Positions 21,901 to 26,645 of a DNA stretch of 64,000 bases are shown in pieces. Source of the stretch: Elusimicrobia bacterium RIFOXYA2_FULL_39_19 (GTDB lineage Bacteria; Elusimicrobiota; Endomicrobiia; CG1-02-37-114; XYA2-FULL-39-19); the NCBI GenBank assembly GCA_001800285.1, contig MGVC01000014.1:1756-65755 (forward strand), in the 5' to 3' direction. A program made the translations under genes and the position numbers. The stretch's first letter is position 1; every line of letters starts with the position of its first letter. The notes beneath the pieces are model-generated. The model was not told the origin of the DNA. It was given only the letters and a program-made list of their open reading frames with translations, and ran no database searches.

Positions 21901-24480
21901 CTGGCCGTGAGGGATTGTTTTATTTAACCCGTTATCGCCTTTTGAGGACCACCACAGGGTCATCTGGCCGGGTATTGAGTTGTCAATAACGCTTAAATTA
22001 TCAATCGGCGCAGGAGCTATGTTATCCAACAGGTAGATACTTGGCGTGGCGGTAGCGACAGTATAAATATCATTGCCATTTTTTGAAACTACCGTAATCC
22101 AGTAAGTAGTATCAGAGAAAAGATTTTCAACGGTTGTAAACCCGCCTGTTGCCCATACGGTGGTAGTGAGGTCTACCTGAAAGTTATCTGATGAAACTGA
22201 AATCCTGTACTGAGTATAGGTTGAATTGTTGTTTGTACCCCAACCTACAGACAAGCTCCAGGAAGTAGCATTAATGGCATATGTGCCGGTAGCCGGGTTT
22301 GCCAGAGTATATTTTACAACAGGGGTGCAGGATGATGTACCAATGGGGTTGTACGCTTCAGCGTATCTATAATAGGAAGTGTTAGGTGACAGACTGGCTT
22401 CCAGATAATCAGTTACATTGGCCCCAAGCACACCAAAAAGGCCGCCGGTTGAATTCTTAATTCTATAACCTAATTCTTCGTTTGAGTTATCTATCCAGCT
22501 CCAGTTTATGGCACAGGTTGAAAGTACCAATCCGTTAAAACTTCCTACTGCAGTAGGGGAGGACCAGAAAATTACATTATTAGGGTCGTATTCAAATGCC
22601 GGGCCTGATTTGGGGCCTGCGGCAAACTGCATGGCAATATAACCGGGATAAAACAAATTAGGAGCAGATACGTTTGTTGATATGGATGCATCAAAATAAA
22701 GATTATCAAATGTATATTGAGTTGTACCGCTTTGTAAAATCTGTAAAGCTATTGCGCTATTCTGGAAATTTTGAAAAGCAACTGTACTTAATTTTTGTAT
22801 ATAAGAACCATTTTCAATAACTAATCCCTGATCATTAAGCCCTTCAAGTGTTAAACCTGAAACATTCACGCTGCCGCCGGCTATTACAAACATAATGTAT
22901 TCACCGGTTGTTGAAGAACGGATTACATCTCCCGTTGTATTGGCTGTAACTCCTGCGCCGGTACTTATAATAATTGAACCTGCCACCCTAATAGTACTGT
23001 TATCAGCGTTTCCAAGATCCAATGATCCGCCGTCATAAAACTTCATCTGCCTCCAGATTGTTACGGTGGCAAGCTGTACATCAAATCTGCCGGAAGCATT
23101 CATGTCTTGTTCAACAGTAAGACGGGCGCCGCCGTTAGTAAAATACAGATATGAACCTTTATCCATAGTCAAAGTCTTTTTTACTCTTACCGGTATGCCC
23201 TGTATATACCCGCTTCCCCCGGGATAATTCACAATCCTGAAAGTATCAAGCGTAAGCTGCCCGGTACCGTACATCTGGGAAGCACCTGTGTTATTGGGAA
23301 TTACAACAGTTGAGCCGTCAACCAGGAAAGAACCGTAATTTGTGTTGTTCAAACCATGCATTTTCAGGAGCTTGTTCTGAATATCAAAAACAGCCGATCC
23401 GCCGCCAAAGAATGAGCAACTTCCAGTGATGCTCAAGCTTGGCTTTGCTATGTTTATGATGCCTACGGTCTTATTAGACAGGTAAAGACCCGGCAGAGTA
23501 GTTTCCTCAGGAACATCTATCACAACGTCGTTCCCTGAATCTGATAAAGAAATAGTGCCGTTAGCATAATTAAGCATTGCCCCGGGGTAAACAGTGATAT
23601 TACCGCCAATGGCCGGATTACCGGAACTTGACCACCTATACACACCGCTTTTCACAGTCAGGTCATTTTGTATGCTGAAACCCCAGTTATATGCGTTAAA
23701 TGTACTCATGTTAACCTTATTTATTTCCAAATTATACACATTGCTCGCCGGGCCTCCGCTGTCTGCAATGAATTGTTCATCTGTCCCGTCAATGATAACC
23801 TTGGAATTTGTGTTACTTTCGTCAAAAGTACCGTACCAGCTGCTAAAATCACCTCTGATGTATATAGTTGAACCAGAGATGTTGAAACGTCCATCTCCAC
23901 CCTGGCCTGATATATAACCGCTGTGTCTCATATTTGTAAGGAACAAATAATTGTTATTAAAATAAAGCTTAGCGCCTGTTTTTTTGATGTGAGATATGCA
24001 GTAGAACGTTGTTCCGGGAAGAAGGTACATATACTGGTGGTTGGTCCAGTGGGTGAAAGCGATGGTACTTGTATTTGCTGTGAACTGGCCGCCATTATAC
24101 TTCATGTCACCCAGTATCGAAACGCTGGTGGTAAGCACGTTAAAATTACCGCCGGAAATTGTAAGGTTATTATCTATTGTTATAGTTGTTGAAATATCAA
24201 CATTTGCCAAATAATCAGAATATATATTAAAACTACCAATTCTGACTGTATATGGTATATCCCAGGTACACGGTTTTGAAGGGTTAATGTTTGTGAAGGT
24301 TATATTATCTCCTGGGTTTATAGGATTGTCTGCAACCCAGTTAAACTGGTCAGAAGCAAGATTGCTGGCGCCGCCGCCATCCCATACTTTGTCTTCTGCT
24401 AAAACAGGGATAATAGAAGAAATAACCAATAGGGTGGTTGAAATGATGAATGTTATGAAGAATTTTTTTATGTTTACCAT
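3910..24480 (-). CDS. Giant (~6,857 aa) secreted cell-surface repeat protein (adhesin-like). It carries a T9SS-type C-terminal sorting domain (TIGR04183 / Por_Secre_tail-like).
   Basis: A single uninterrupted 20.6-kb ORF. I placed the start at the ATG at 24478-24480, where a signal peptide begins (MVNIKKFFITFIISTTLLVISSIIPVLA). The track's TTG at 24501 is an alternative start. It has two duplicated ~900-aa N-terminal modules that each begin WDGGG. It has dozens of ~90-100-aa FN3-like repeats (..NTTYYFRV.A.N..G..). The C-terminus (..KVYTIAGELVKTI..VWNCRNDAGDLAASGVYLFILEV..KFAIIK) matches the T9SS CTD seen on the S8 protease at 31634..33193. Confidence 0.85.
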   Translation of the reverse strand: MVNIKKFFITFIISTTLLVISSIIPVLAEDKVWDGGGASNLASDQFNWVADNPINPGDNITFTNINPSKPCTWDIPYTVRIGSFNIYSDYLANVDISTTITIDNNLTISGGNFNVLTTSVSILGDMKYNGGQFTANTSTIAFTHWTNHQYMYLLPGTTFYCISHIKKTGAKLYFNNNYLFLTNMRHSGYISGQGGDGRFNISGSTIYIRGDFSSWYGTFDESNTNSKVIIDGTDEQFIADSGGPASNVYNLEINKVNMSTFNAYNWGFSIQNDLTVKSGVYRWSSSGNPAIGGNITVYPGAMLNYANGTISLSDSGNDVVIDVPEETTLPGLYLSNKTVGIINIAKPSLSITGSCSFFGGGSAVFDIQNKLLKMHGLNNTNYGSFLVDGSTVVIPNNTGASQMYGTGQLTLDTFRIVNYPGGSGYIQGIPVRVKKTLTMDKGSYLYFTNGGARLTVEQDMNASGRFDVQLATVTIWRQMKFYDGGSLDLGNADNSTIRVAGSIIISTGAGVTANTTGDVIRSSTTGEYIMFVIAGGSVNVSGLTLEGLNDQGLVIENGSYIQKLSTVAFQNFQNSAIALQILQSGTTQYTFDNLYFDASISTNVSAPNLFYPGYIAMQFAAGPKSGPAFEYDPNNVIFWSSPTAVGSFNGLVLSTCAINWSWIDNSNEELGYRIKNSTGGLFGVLGANVTDYLEASLSPNTSYYRYAEAYNPIGTSSCTPVVKYTLANPATGTYAINATSWSLSVGWGTNNNSTYTQYRISVSSDNFQVDLTTTVWATGGFTTVENLFSDTTYWITVVSKNGNDIYTVATATPSIYLLDNIAPAPIDNLSVIDNSIPGQMTLWWSSKGDNGLNKTIPHGQFNIQHASYTANLTWSVTSAQITISTANVSFGEPQIWRVTNLLEKTTYYLRAWTQDKAGNWSELSNSATTYTADMTVHTWDGGGADNFASNNLNWVGDIVPSSGDSVIFGSINPTKYCDWDLPSNVAFSTFSIQDGYSSNVNINTNIIIDDLNISTGIFNINASSITVKGNLTYTAGMFSANTSTICFSNKSFYNQNINVLPGTTFYSLFIDNDVSNTRNVFLQDKRIQINGNLNFYYGWLNTNGSTISFRGDINNSGGNGVFANNGTWILDKNGNQTINNSSNTFSNLEINKVNQSTVTILSDINITGSLTVSNGVFRQTSNNTNVDGNITLINPGVLNVQNLCFINENNVSLNLPANYSIKSLYINKSLSTWAVSTVNDLEITGELLVTTGWFDFANKKVTLSNGNVSLDTNGDFTVYGSTFVFAGSSSAVNGIKTIVFDSVQVNKNTGQELVINQPVKANKYFQFNSGKIELNNKLTVIQYSNINSNFNVKTGTFNAVGPVNINDSGVLDMTNSNSGIVELGDGLTVYPGGLVKTDSLLDVITSTASTNYFNFDVNGGSVNITALSLDHSRGITVADGSFLQAFSSVTFTNCEYGKSALTLLQNGTSNYTFPNFSFDATVSSNVYVPNLVYPGYVAMPYSAGGHFGIAYEKDPNNVTFWIHDILAQAAGFMGTAKSAASIEWGWTDMADDEQLYKVFASTGGIIGTVQSNTTYFIESNLMPNTTYSRYVQTYNPLGTKDAPSNGQYTLANPPDLDAMIWNYIGFSSITFTWSKNSNPDGTPYEISFSSDNFVNDISTPIPFGLNFTGNTTTFNGLDGDTNYYFRGRAKNGVSIDSVFSVTTSTKTQKDLTPPTISISTPANNSYTKELNSTQGQAQDNVLVTQTEIKFVRVADGYEWNGSSFASGSNWYNVNQPYSAWDFNSSVISFESGFSYQAVARSKDSSSNYSTVYATANFVFDISTPIALVSYPANSASYKALTSITGTSIDNVRIQDVLLEIKDLVYPATYYNGSAWVDFSTWVYVSAQDGTFNSTNEIWTYDASGITWPEGHQIQLAVRAIDAANNNGDTSPVSSFYYDVTKPTATIAIPVNSQPYKGGQLASITGTFNDKSPGTVSTVNLKIRRSDGQFWTGSGWGAEIWLTTSTAGEPVNFSLAGSSWSYNFSDANKTTGSEYTIIAMAIDNAENDQTVFTAGTSSNTFIYDNEAPETFVTFPTGTYLNSLPTISGTVADITAGAYMVGVSTSLAKSGSVKMVIFDNTTNKYWNGVSWIVTVSTRDCIPDNPAQPNYTVWKSSENVDWQSDNENLIYVFGTDDIGNEEISSVKYTVYIDTQAPGQITTLEAYQSGTANTIKLSWMTPGDNGYSNTLASGSEYRIQYSTWTGVTWSTSVAVSLSTSAVTPGTRVTVSVALPLNAEYYFRVWTKDESNNWSVISSSPNAYNSPFTFETVDGAGQTLGQYVSQAIDKSNNIHAVYRNIAGSLFYNKRTGISWGGSVEIDPGMSKSYFSIAVDVNNNPHVSYVDDDNFDLKYAKYNGVAWSTYTIDSMDINGAQTSIAIDPKGNPNISYWHDYVGFQYLKFAKYDGVNWSTHTADSLHSCGTNSSLAIDAQGNAHISHYFSTDGDLKYASYDGLQWSTSTIDANGNVGQYTALAIGGSGDPHIAYWDSVNYDLKYARFTGSTWTVSTVDSSNVGGYISIALDGSENPVIAYYESSIGNLKFARFTGSQWDISTVDSLNDAGQYTSLSIDGNGDAHIVYLDVTNSDLKAAHWTGASLAAPMGGNARGKVQSPVNFIASAVNTSSITWQWTDNASNELGFRVYSATSVPYIMLADTNTISAVGGTGSNGSWVQTNITPNTSWQCYVTAVNAGGVVTSSGSSVVWTNAQQPVYSFSNVYVSSMAVYWSTGANPPYTEYYVECSSVSYGFQPATVNTGWVAGAGFWTVSNTLVPNTQYYFRIKARNLENTETGWVNLVSTATLCSVPGMPPSPASNITSQALRINWLTGTPANPGWSNYLAECSSISIGGPVVISSITKNNYADFAALSPNVTYYFQVKAVSVDNMSTVDTPLGSTHTLCNVPGLYGITDITTGTIMLNWTTNSNPAGTSYLAETSSESIGGPYNYSSAWQNTTYYMFTGLNINTTYWFRISAKNYDNVLTTYTFVWTGVTLCETPTSANWSLTTDVQHNINWNGDASGNPSSTIYIIQVATAANFSTISKEGETTRSVLGWGVGALTPNTTYYGRLIARNRAGVEAIYNIPNSSATVCQQPDNIVWGTAASNSMIVDFSADATANPADTIYTAVLSSSTDFSTIKTQEGTKASSTLNVTGLLINTTYYGKLIATNRMGTMVENTFDSGNGKATLCEAPNGLAWGSSGATSLRVNWTDTTGNPDNTVYIVTIGTSSDISTVVTSSSAFRSGGGNGSTLLVNNILPNTSYYAKVTAYNRASVGNSTDVGTLRVTDAMPPDITSYGTVTNNSIIVNWGTGESPANPDNTQYILQASTDESFSFLSSPEIVRLRSDLNVTIPSLNPNTTYFVRLIARNWAGSAVLSQLPQTWKATLCTAPDAASYGTISTGTIGLNWGTSEVPANPDNTIYLVQTATSTNFSTITKQYSGLRLDLAGTVTALTENTTYFIRLVARNREANEQYYSVAGQNWKATYTQQPAGSFTYLVINSDYISISQTDTSSNPDDTLYSIEASTAADFSTVTASTGTKASGTIVVTNLVPDTTYFMQVRAINREGIPSNTTNVASGNSAVSACETPDVANWSGVSAISIQINWTGDTTNNQDDTVYIGRISTSSDMSSYQEKTGIKSDNFVSFNGLTANTSYYGKLYARNHAGSEKSIDVYSGIPKPTLCSMPGGAGWGSNSSIDTLEIVWSDVANPPDTVFITEVSTSSDFSTNYSSITVNYLSTTTITGLTVNTTYYGRVTAVNREGQQSSPSDISTPKPTLANPATGSYLNNVTTFSIVVNWYKNGNPDYTRYGIIRSTDNFTTSNITVINESANWNTNSYTDSSLQIDTSYFYKICAYNESGIITAYDITVSTLTIPLAPDAPAGISAIATVNSIQWNWTKGTNADGHRVKSSGDDVNLSGDLAQNVTYWDQTGFTANISTSIYIESFNVMGSSASGSYSKYTLADMPNPISFGSIGTDNIQVDFGSDNNSAGTFYCVEVSTMVDYSWGIIYENVWTANVVHNTLNPDTSYYYRIRARNGDNVYSNYAANIDTATAVNVPGTLNVVSIGISSAGVSWGQSNQVWTEYEVFASTGDNLSYGLISSGIGAGPVTHNTLDPNTTYYYQVRAKNVRGGYSTFNSEVSTVTYCSQPASVTYGTVTSTTMQVSWGASTPDNPSDTTYQLKVSSTPDFITVYTSETVRSAGNAEITGLSPNTTYYVIVAAINRFHIKNSVQPSPDWKATNCNTPVNIIWSYQSLDSLDIDWWSDSSGNPADTTYIPQISTATDFTTIVISSQTTKETGAVTLDSLTANTTYYGRLIARNRELEDAVYTLPVTSVTYCAVPAGVTYGPGDTYLDINWSDTTNNPENTVYIAQISLANDFSSIDGSSFTNIQNGTANISPLIPNTTYYGRLIARNHAGKDEIYNLGVKVTNAELANNINWTGITPTSLQLDWSGDTATNPANTVYTAVVSTSSSMSAPYFTSSTVKGAGNAVVANLTPNTTYYGRIWAVNWENSTGVASPAPVANITYANQPLSTYIDNITSSTLRINWLKNSNPDYTRYGILRSVDNFTSTTTIKTFTDSLQVNNYIDTGLSSGNTYYYKVCAYNETGTPTIFDTTASSYTSNAPDYVAPTVGVTKPSLAFYSALASITGTADDNIEVSTVQVRIIRLSDNNEWNGSTFTAGPAWNGVTVFTNPTWTYNPVPAWVSDSSYTVIAKSQDSSTNWSDIYSTFTFTYDNTNTSVPSLLTPTDTSAVNLGNVSFDWSDSSDIAGIAEYELLVSTSADFGAISYSSVPAISAVTLLNMGSKGYFWKVRSKDSLSNYSAFSSTFSLLVDTVPPVNLTFDTNNIYVTSITVLQANLSANDELLGLAGTPYYLQLSTDNITWGNFNEGWTSSATFTTLTPNTTYWLRVKVKDSLSNETQYTSSIAKLTFAQPPVSSYLNAVTSTTITVNWSDNTNPGYTKFALERSTDNFATSVTLLNFASNWVTYSYADSLLLSDSSYYYRVSAYNETGAVTVPDVVVSTRTKMGSLDAPAGLTGTALSTNIIMWNWNTVSFADGYRIRSFTGDANLSGDLSASTTWWNQQGLSANISTNVYVESFNAEGSAPSGPQLKYALATVPGFAVFSSVGNNYIQADWTQNGNANGTDYVVECSSVSTAGPVFVSSDTKNIYAEFWNLDPNTTYYFQVMARNGNSIDSQYIDLTTKVTLCNTPNSTGYGTVLSNSIEIIWVASVPDNPADTPYVVQAATSSDFSTITSQQSRLRSDASGTLGSLNPNTTYYIRILAGNRVGLQTVGYAAQPWNATLPESPNGLNWGTVTQSSLIADWSSDATSNPADTRYVFEVSSQAAFSSIQGSSESVKSDTAQKQIINLTPNTTYYGRVTVISRTAASVSSGLPAYNMTLANFPSGSYVNNVTSYSITVNWSNNQNPSYTKYGILRSSDSVWATTVTVRDFSNGLTGTNYTDTGLTIYTTYYYKVCAYSENSQPTNFDSVISTLTILPAPLAPTLSGTPLSTNSIQWSWVPGTFAFGHRVRSDADNANLSGDLAASVTYWIMTGLSVNSSSNVYVQAYNPSGTANSTALTKYSMAEVPGSAAMVMVGLSSTTITWGDTNPAGTNYQVARATDTSFATTTLGTLTAGTTSTITTLTQGTTYYIKVRAQNTDSIFTNFNSTISIITDRVPNGPPTAVNLIYPVASTVVTTLNPYFNWTAATDPEADPVSYEVQYTTDSGFGGYSFVSGITGTTGYTLATPLMDNASYYWRIRSYATGGSTLSSTSTFMGAFTVDTVPNAPAAFNLLSPADGVINGTTTITLDWQDSSDADLGASLTYSIYYSTYITFANTMTVTGLVPSIYNFAFLSDNTYYWKVAAVDNSGLTTFSSQEIKFVIDTADKVSPAAITTLSANTGDSEGEILLSWNSTGDDDVSGIFNGAFRIAYATSASVGWAYTNAQITISTAGISSGTTMAYKLAGLYPDATYYFRIWAVDDYGNYSDISNAATTYARNLAPAAPASLQLTVQPEGGQLNLSWLTSSEPDIKAYKLYRSIASGNLASKSYIATILNPSVSYQDKSVANNTTYYYQLTAIDNTNYESSASSEVNGCPVMLFTAGSVHITFSEYNQYYSTITRFEASETWVGAVSVSTGYKEGSSALLLTSMNSAVVASTFNFVTGMTYSKLNDSDGLSLWINVDDQNNLSYIKLVFGYTADFANRIEYTINNLTTGWNKVNITRADGAKAGTFFWNNVVAVHIDAVSMPGKTASVIVDDLRMVSGVNTTGGIWQQNSGVWALEEGSAGNTVYSQQDTRAGNKVSLLTTRTYTDFTYYTKMKMVEGLDAGVVFRADGTQGYKFSNEGSTFTFTLKTLSGTQLSQGTYNISNGTWYYVKVYTSGTTKRVYMSADGVTYTLVCEETVSNDYTGGYVGLYANATYAQFDDVHIMFNPASLAVTASDKQAVLTWTMSNTVSFSKYFVYRSSVSADGTQNAYEKIRTVTVAGITDTDNLENGVTYYYKVTAVDTADYESGHIGPEKALPYEIIAPDTILGKVTQKDGTPLSTIPCEALLNDTVVKKVYTYTDGTYNFTGLTENTTYIIRVSLYEGEKVSLVYREVKTGTKSVNFTLEIDYELATISGQMAGYKATGKLSAMSAAKFSDYKFRAKALVPGNGIGYVEIYHLKDGPGTTLRIPIDNSGKYEIPNLLPGKYVVKGYNGVVYSTMKVLDVKEGQRVSITLSFQGILDGKTISYPNPSTIGSLTLKYYTGYNVPESQIKVYTIAGELVKTINDAEIDVIIETNANRKYVWNCRNDAGDLAASGVYLFILEVKDNANGEKARFIGKFAIIK

Positions 24481-24591
24481 TATTTCTGTTAAATCCTGCA
24501 AATTTAAATTATATTTTATTTATATACAACAAATTAAAGTAAGAAGTGTAATTAATAATACTATCTGCCCTGGGGTTTATCTACTGTTATA

Positions 24592-24620
24592 GTAATAGCC
24601 CATAAAGGCCTAAAAGTCAA
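24592..24620 (-). promoter_or_regulatory. Candidate sigma70-type promoter for the giant adhesin gene: -35 TTGACT, 17-nt spacer, -10 TATTAC (minus-sense).
   Basis: Plus-strand agtcaa (24615-24620) and gtaata (24592-24597) read in reverse complement as TTGACT-N17-TATTAC, about 110 nt upstream of the ATG. Direct repeats gtgacaaaaatcac / gtgacaaaaaacac lie just upstream, at 24627-24660. Confidence 0.3.
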
Positions 24621-24697
24621 TGGACAGTGACAAAAATCACCTGCTGTGACAAAAAACACGAAAAACTATGAAAAATGCTCTTTTTTGGATATGGTGT

Positions 24698-25567
24698 TTA
24701 CTGAGAAAGAAATGATTTTAATTCGTCGTCTTTGGGGTTTAGCTTAAAAGCTTCGCGCCAAACTTGTATGGCTTTTGATTTTTTATTAAGTGCATAATAA
24801 GCCGACCCTAAACGTTTCATGGCCATAGCATTGGATGGTTCAAGTTCTAAAACACTATTGCATTCTACTATAGCTCTGTCATATTTAGCATCGTAAATAT
24901 AATTTAATGAAGCTACTAATTTCTGTTCTACCAGGGTCATTCCTGGCACAACCTCCACCGCTTTCAGCTGGTTGGGGTACTCTTCTTCAATCACGTTGAC
25001 AAATTTTTCAATCCTACCATCCGAAGGGTTTAACTGGCCTGCATAAATTATGGAATGCAGAGCAGTTTTAAACTTTGCGCTGGGTTTAATGTATTCCCTC
25101 ACAGCAAACCTTATTAATTTGCCGTTTTTTGTTTGAGCTGTTTCATCGCCGAAAGCTTCCTGGATTTTTCTTATTTTACCGTAAAGTTTTTTTAATTCCG
25201 TGTTATTTGGTGAGGTTTCCAGTGCGGTTTTCATATTGCTTAAAGCATCGGTATACCTGCCGGCATTGTAACTTTCCTCAACACTTTTTAGGACTTTGCT
25301 GTATTTTTCCATCAATTTCTGTTTGGCAAATTCTATAAGTTTCGGCGGCTGTACCTGTGTAGGGTCCAGTTTTAAAATCTGTTCCCAGTAAGAAATGGCT
25401 TTGCTGAAATCATTGGCCTGAAAGGACCTTATGGCAGTATCATAGTACGCTTTTATTAAACTCTGTTTTTCTTTTTCTGATAATACTTTTTCCTGCGCAA
25501 AAACATTTGCACCGGTAATTATCGGAATAAGCATAATTGCTAAAAATATTTTAGTTTTTCTTTTCAT
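24698..25567 (-). CDS. Periplasmic TPR-repeat protein with a signal peptide. It overlaps the upstream motB-like gene by 17 nt, which suggests translational coupling.
   Basis: 289 aa with an N-terminal signal peptide (MKRKTKIFLAIMLIPIITGANVFA). It has repeated TPR-like A..Y...G.Y..A helix pairs. Confidence 0.7.
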   Translation of the reverse strand: MKRKTKIFLAIMLIPIITGANVFAQEKVLSEKEKQSLIKAYYDTAIRSFQANDFSKAISYWEQILKLDPTQVQPPKLIEFAKQKLMEKYSKVLKSVEESYNAGRYTDALSNMKTALETSPNNTELKKLYGKIRKIQEAFGDETAQTKNGKLIRFAVREYIKPSAKFKTALHSIIYAGQLNPSDGRIEKFVNVIEEEYPNQLKAVEVVPGMTLVEQKLVASLNYIYDAKYDRAIVECNSVLELEPSNAMAMKRLGSAYYALNKKSKAIQVWREAFKLNPKDDELKSFLSQ

Positions 25568-26243
25568 CTTTTTTATCGCTTTTCCCCTGGCTTCTTAAAA
25601 TACTTATTTCAATTCTTCTATTTTTTGCGCGGCCTTCTTCCGTATCATTGGATTCCAAAGGATGAAACTCGCCGTAACCATAAACAGTAAAACGTTTTGA
25701 ATCTATTTTTTCTTCGTCCATAAGATATTTTATTACGCTAAAAGCCCGGGCTGCGGATAATTCCCAGTTTGAATCATACTTTCCCACTCCGGCTCTTACC
25801 GGAATGTTGTCCGTATAACCTTCTACTACAATATTATTCGGCATGTCCTTTATAATTTTCGCTATGCCTGACAAACTTTTTGCCGCTTCCGGTTTTAAAG
25901 CCGCTTCACCTGAATTATAAAGCACGGGTGCCGGCAGGGATATTTTTATTCTTTGAGAATTAATTTCTATTCTTGCAGTATCCTGCAGTTCGGATGACAA
26001 TTTATTTGCTGCGTCCGATTCTTTTGATTTCTGGCTGGCATCTTCATCTACCTTGCCACCCATGGCTGACTGTACGTTTGAAAGCAGTTTTTCTGACTCC
26101 AGACCCCCCATTGCTGATACGGAGTATAACAATAGGAAGAAGATCATTAAAGTAGTTATCAGGTCAGCATAAGGGACAACCCAACTGGATGGGTCATAAA
26201 GTGCCCTTTTATCTACCTTACCGCCAATATCTCCACCAGACAT
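25551..26243 (-). CDS. motB: MotB/OmpA-family stator protein, paralog 1. It has a single TM with the conserved Asp and a C-terminal peptidoglycan-binding OmpA-like domain.
   Basis: N-terminus ..VVPYADLITTLMIFFLLLY matches the MotB TM/plug region with the essential Asp. The C-terminus ..VVEGYTDNIPV..SNWELSAARA..NRRIEISIL matches the OmpA/MotB peptidoglycan-binding domain. A GAGG Shine-Dalgarno sits 11 nt upstream of the ATG. Confidence 0.8.
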   Translation of the reverse strand: MSGGDIGGKVDKRALYDPSSWVVPYADLITTLMIFFLLLYSVSAMGGLESEKLLSNVQSAMGGKVDEDASQKSKESDAANKLSSELQDTARIEINSQRIKISLPAPVLYNSGEAALKPEAAKSLSGIAKIIKDMPNNIVVEGYTDNIPVRAGVGKYDSNWELSAARAFSVIKYLMDEEKIDSKRFTVYGYGEFHPLESNDTEEGRAKNRRIEISILRSQGKSDKKDEKKN

Positions 26244-26247
26244 AAAT

Positions 26248-26552
26248 AAAACCTCAAGTTTTATTTACCCAGACGCTTTGGTTTTTTAAGCCGCATGGTG
26301 CGGATGAAAAACCAGTCAGGGTATAAAACCTCAATTTCCTTTACCCAGACGTTTTGGTTTTTTAAGCCGCATGGTGCGGATGAAAAACCAGTCAGGGCAT
26401 AAAACCTCAATTTCCTTTACCCAGACGTTTTGGTTTTTTAAGCCGCATGGTGCGGATGAAAAACCAGTCAGGGTATAAAACCTCAATTTCCTTTACCCAA
26501 ACGTTTTGGTTTTTTAAGCCGCATGGTGCGGATGAAAAACCAGTCAGGGTCA
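26248..26552. repeat. Tandem array of four ~76-77-bp direct repeats (>90% identical). Each unit contains an imperfect hairpin: ggtttttt-aag-CCGCA-tgg-TGCGG-atg-aaaaacc.
   Basis: Units begin at 26248, 26325, 26401 and 26477. They are contiguous with no unique spacers. They lie in the 400-bp gap between the two motB paralogs. Unit 1 supplies the Shine-Dalgarno/leader of motB paralog 1. Confidence 0.85.
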
Positions 26553-26573
26553 TAATTTCAAAAAGTGATTAAG

Positions 26574-26640
26574 TGATTAGGTTGTTAAGTGGTTAGTAAA
26601 TTATTTTAACTAAACACTAACCACTTAATCACTATTCACT
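26574..26640. repeat. Imperfect palindrome. The core is a 13-bp perfect inverted repeat, ttaagtggttagt (26586-26598) and actaaccacttaa (26616-26628), with flanking gtgatta direct repeats.
   Basis: Seen directly in the sequence. It lies immediately 3' of the motB paralog 2 stop and 5' of the tandem repeat array. Confidence 0.6.
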
Positions 26641-26645
26641 ATTTT

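Noticed and set aside
3844-24592. Numerous 60-130-aa plus-strand ORFs inside the giant gene (for example 5531..5809, 17829..18080, 23594..23917, 24287..24592).
   Set aside because: All are antisense to, or out of frame within, the uninterrupted 20.6-kb coding frame. None has motifs or RBS. Such ORFs are expected by chance in a 20-kb AT-rich stretch.
26248-26552. Considered whether the 4x ~77-bp array is a CRISPR array.
   Set aside because: The repeats are contiguous, full-length and near-identical, with no unique spacers between them. The unit is ~77 bp, not the 24-48 bp of a CRISPR repeat. No cas genes are nearby. It is a tandem duplication, not CRISPR.
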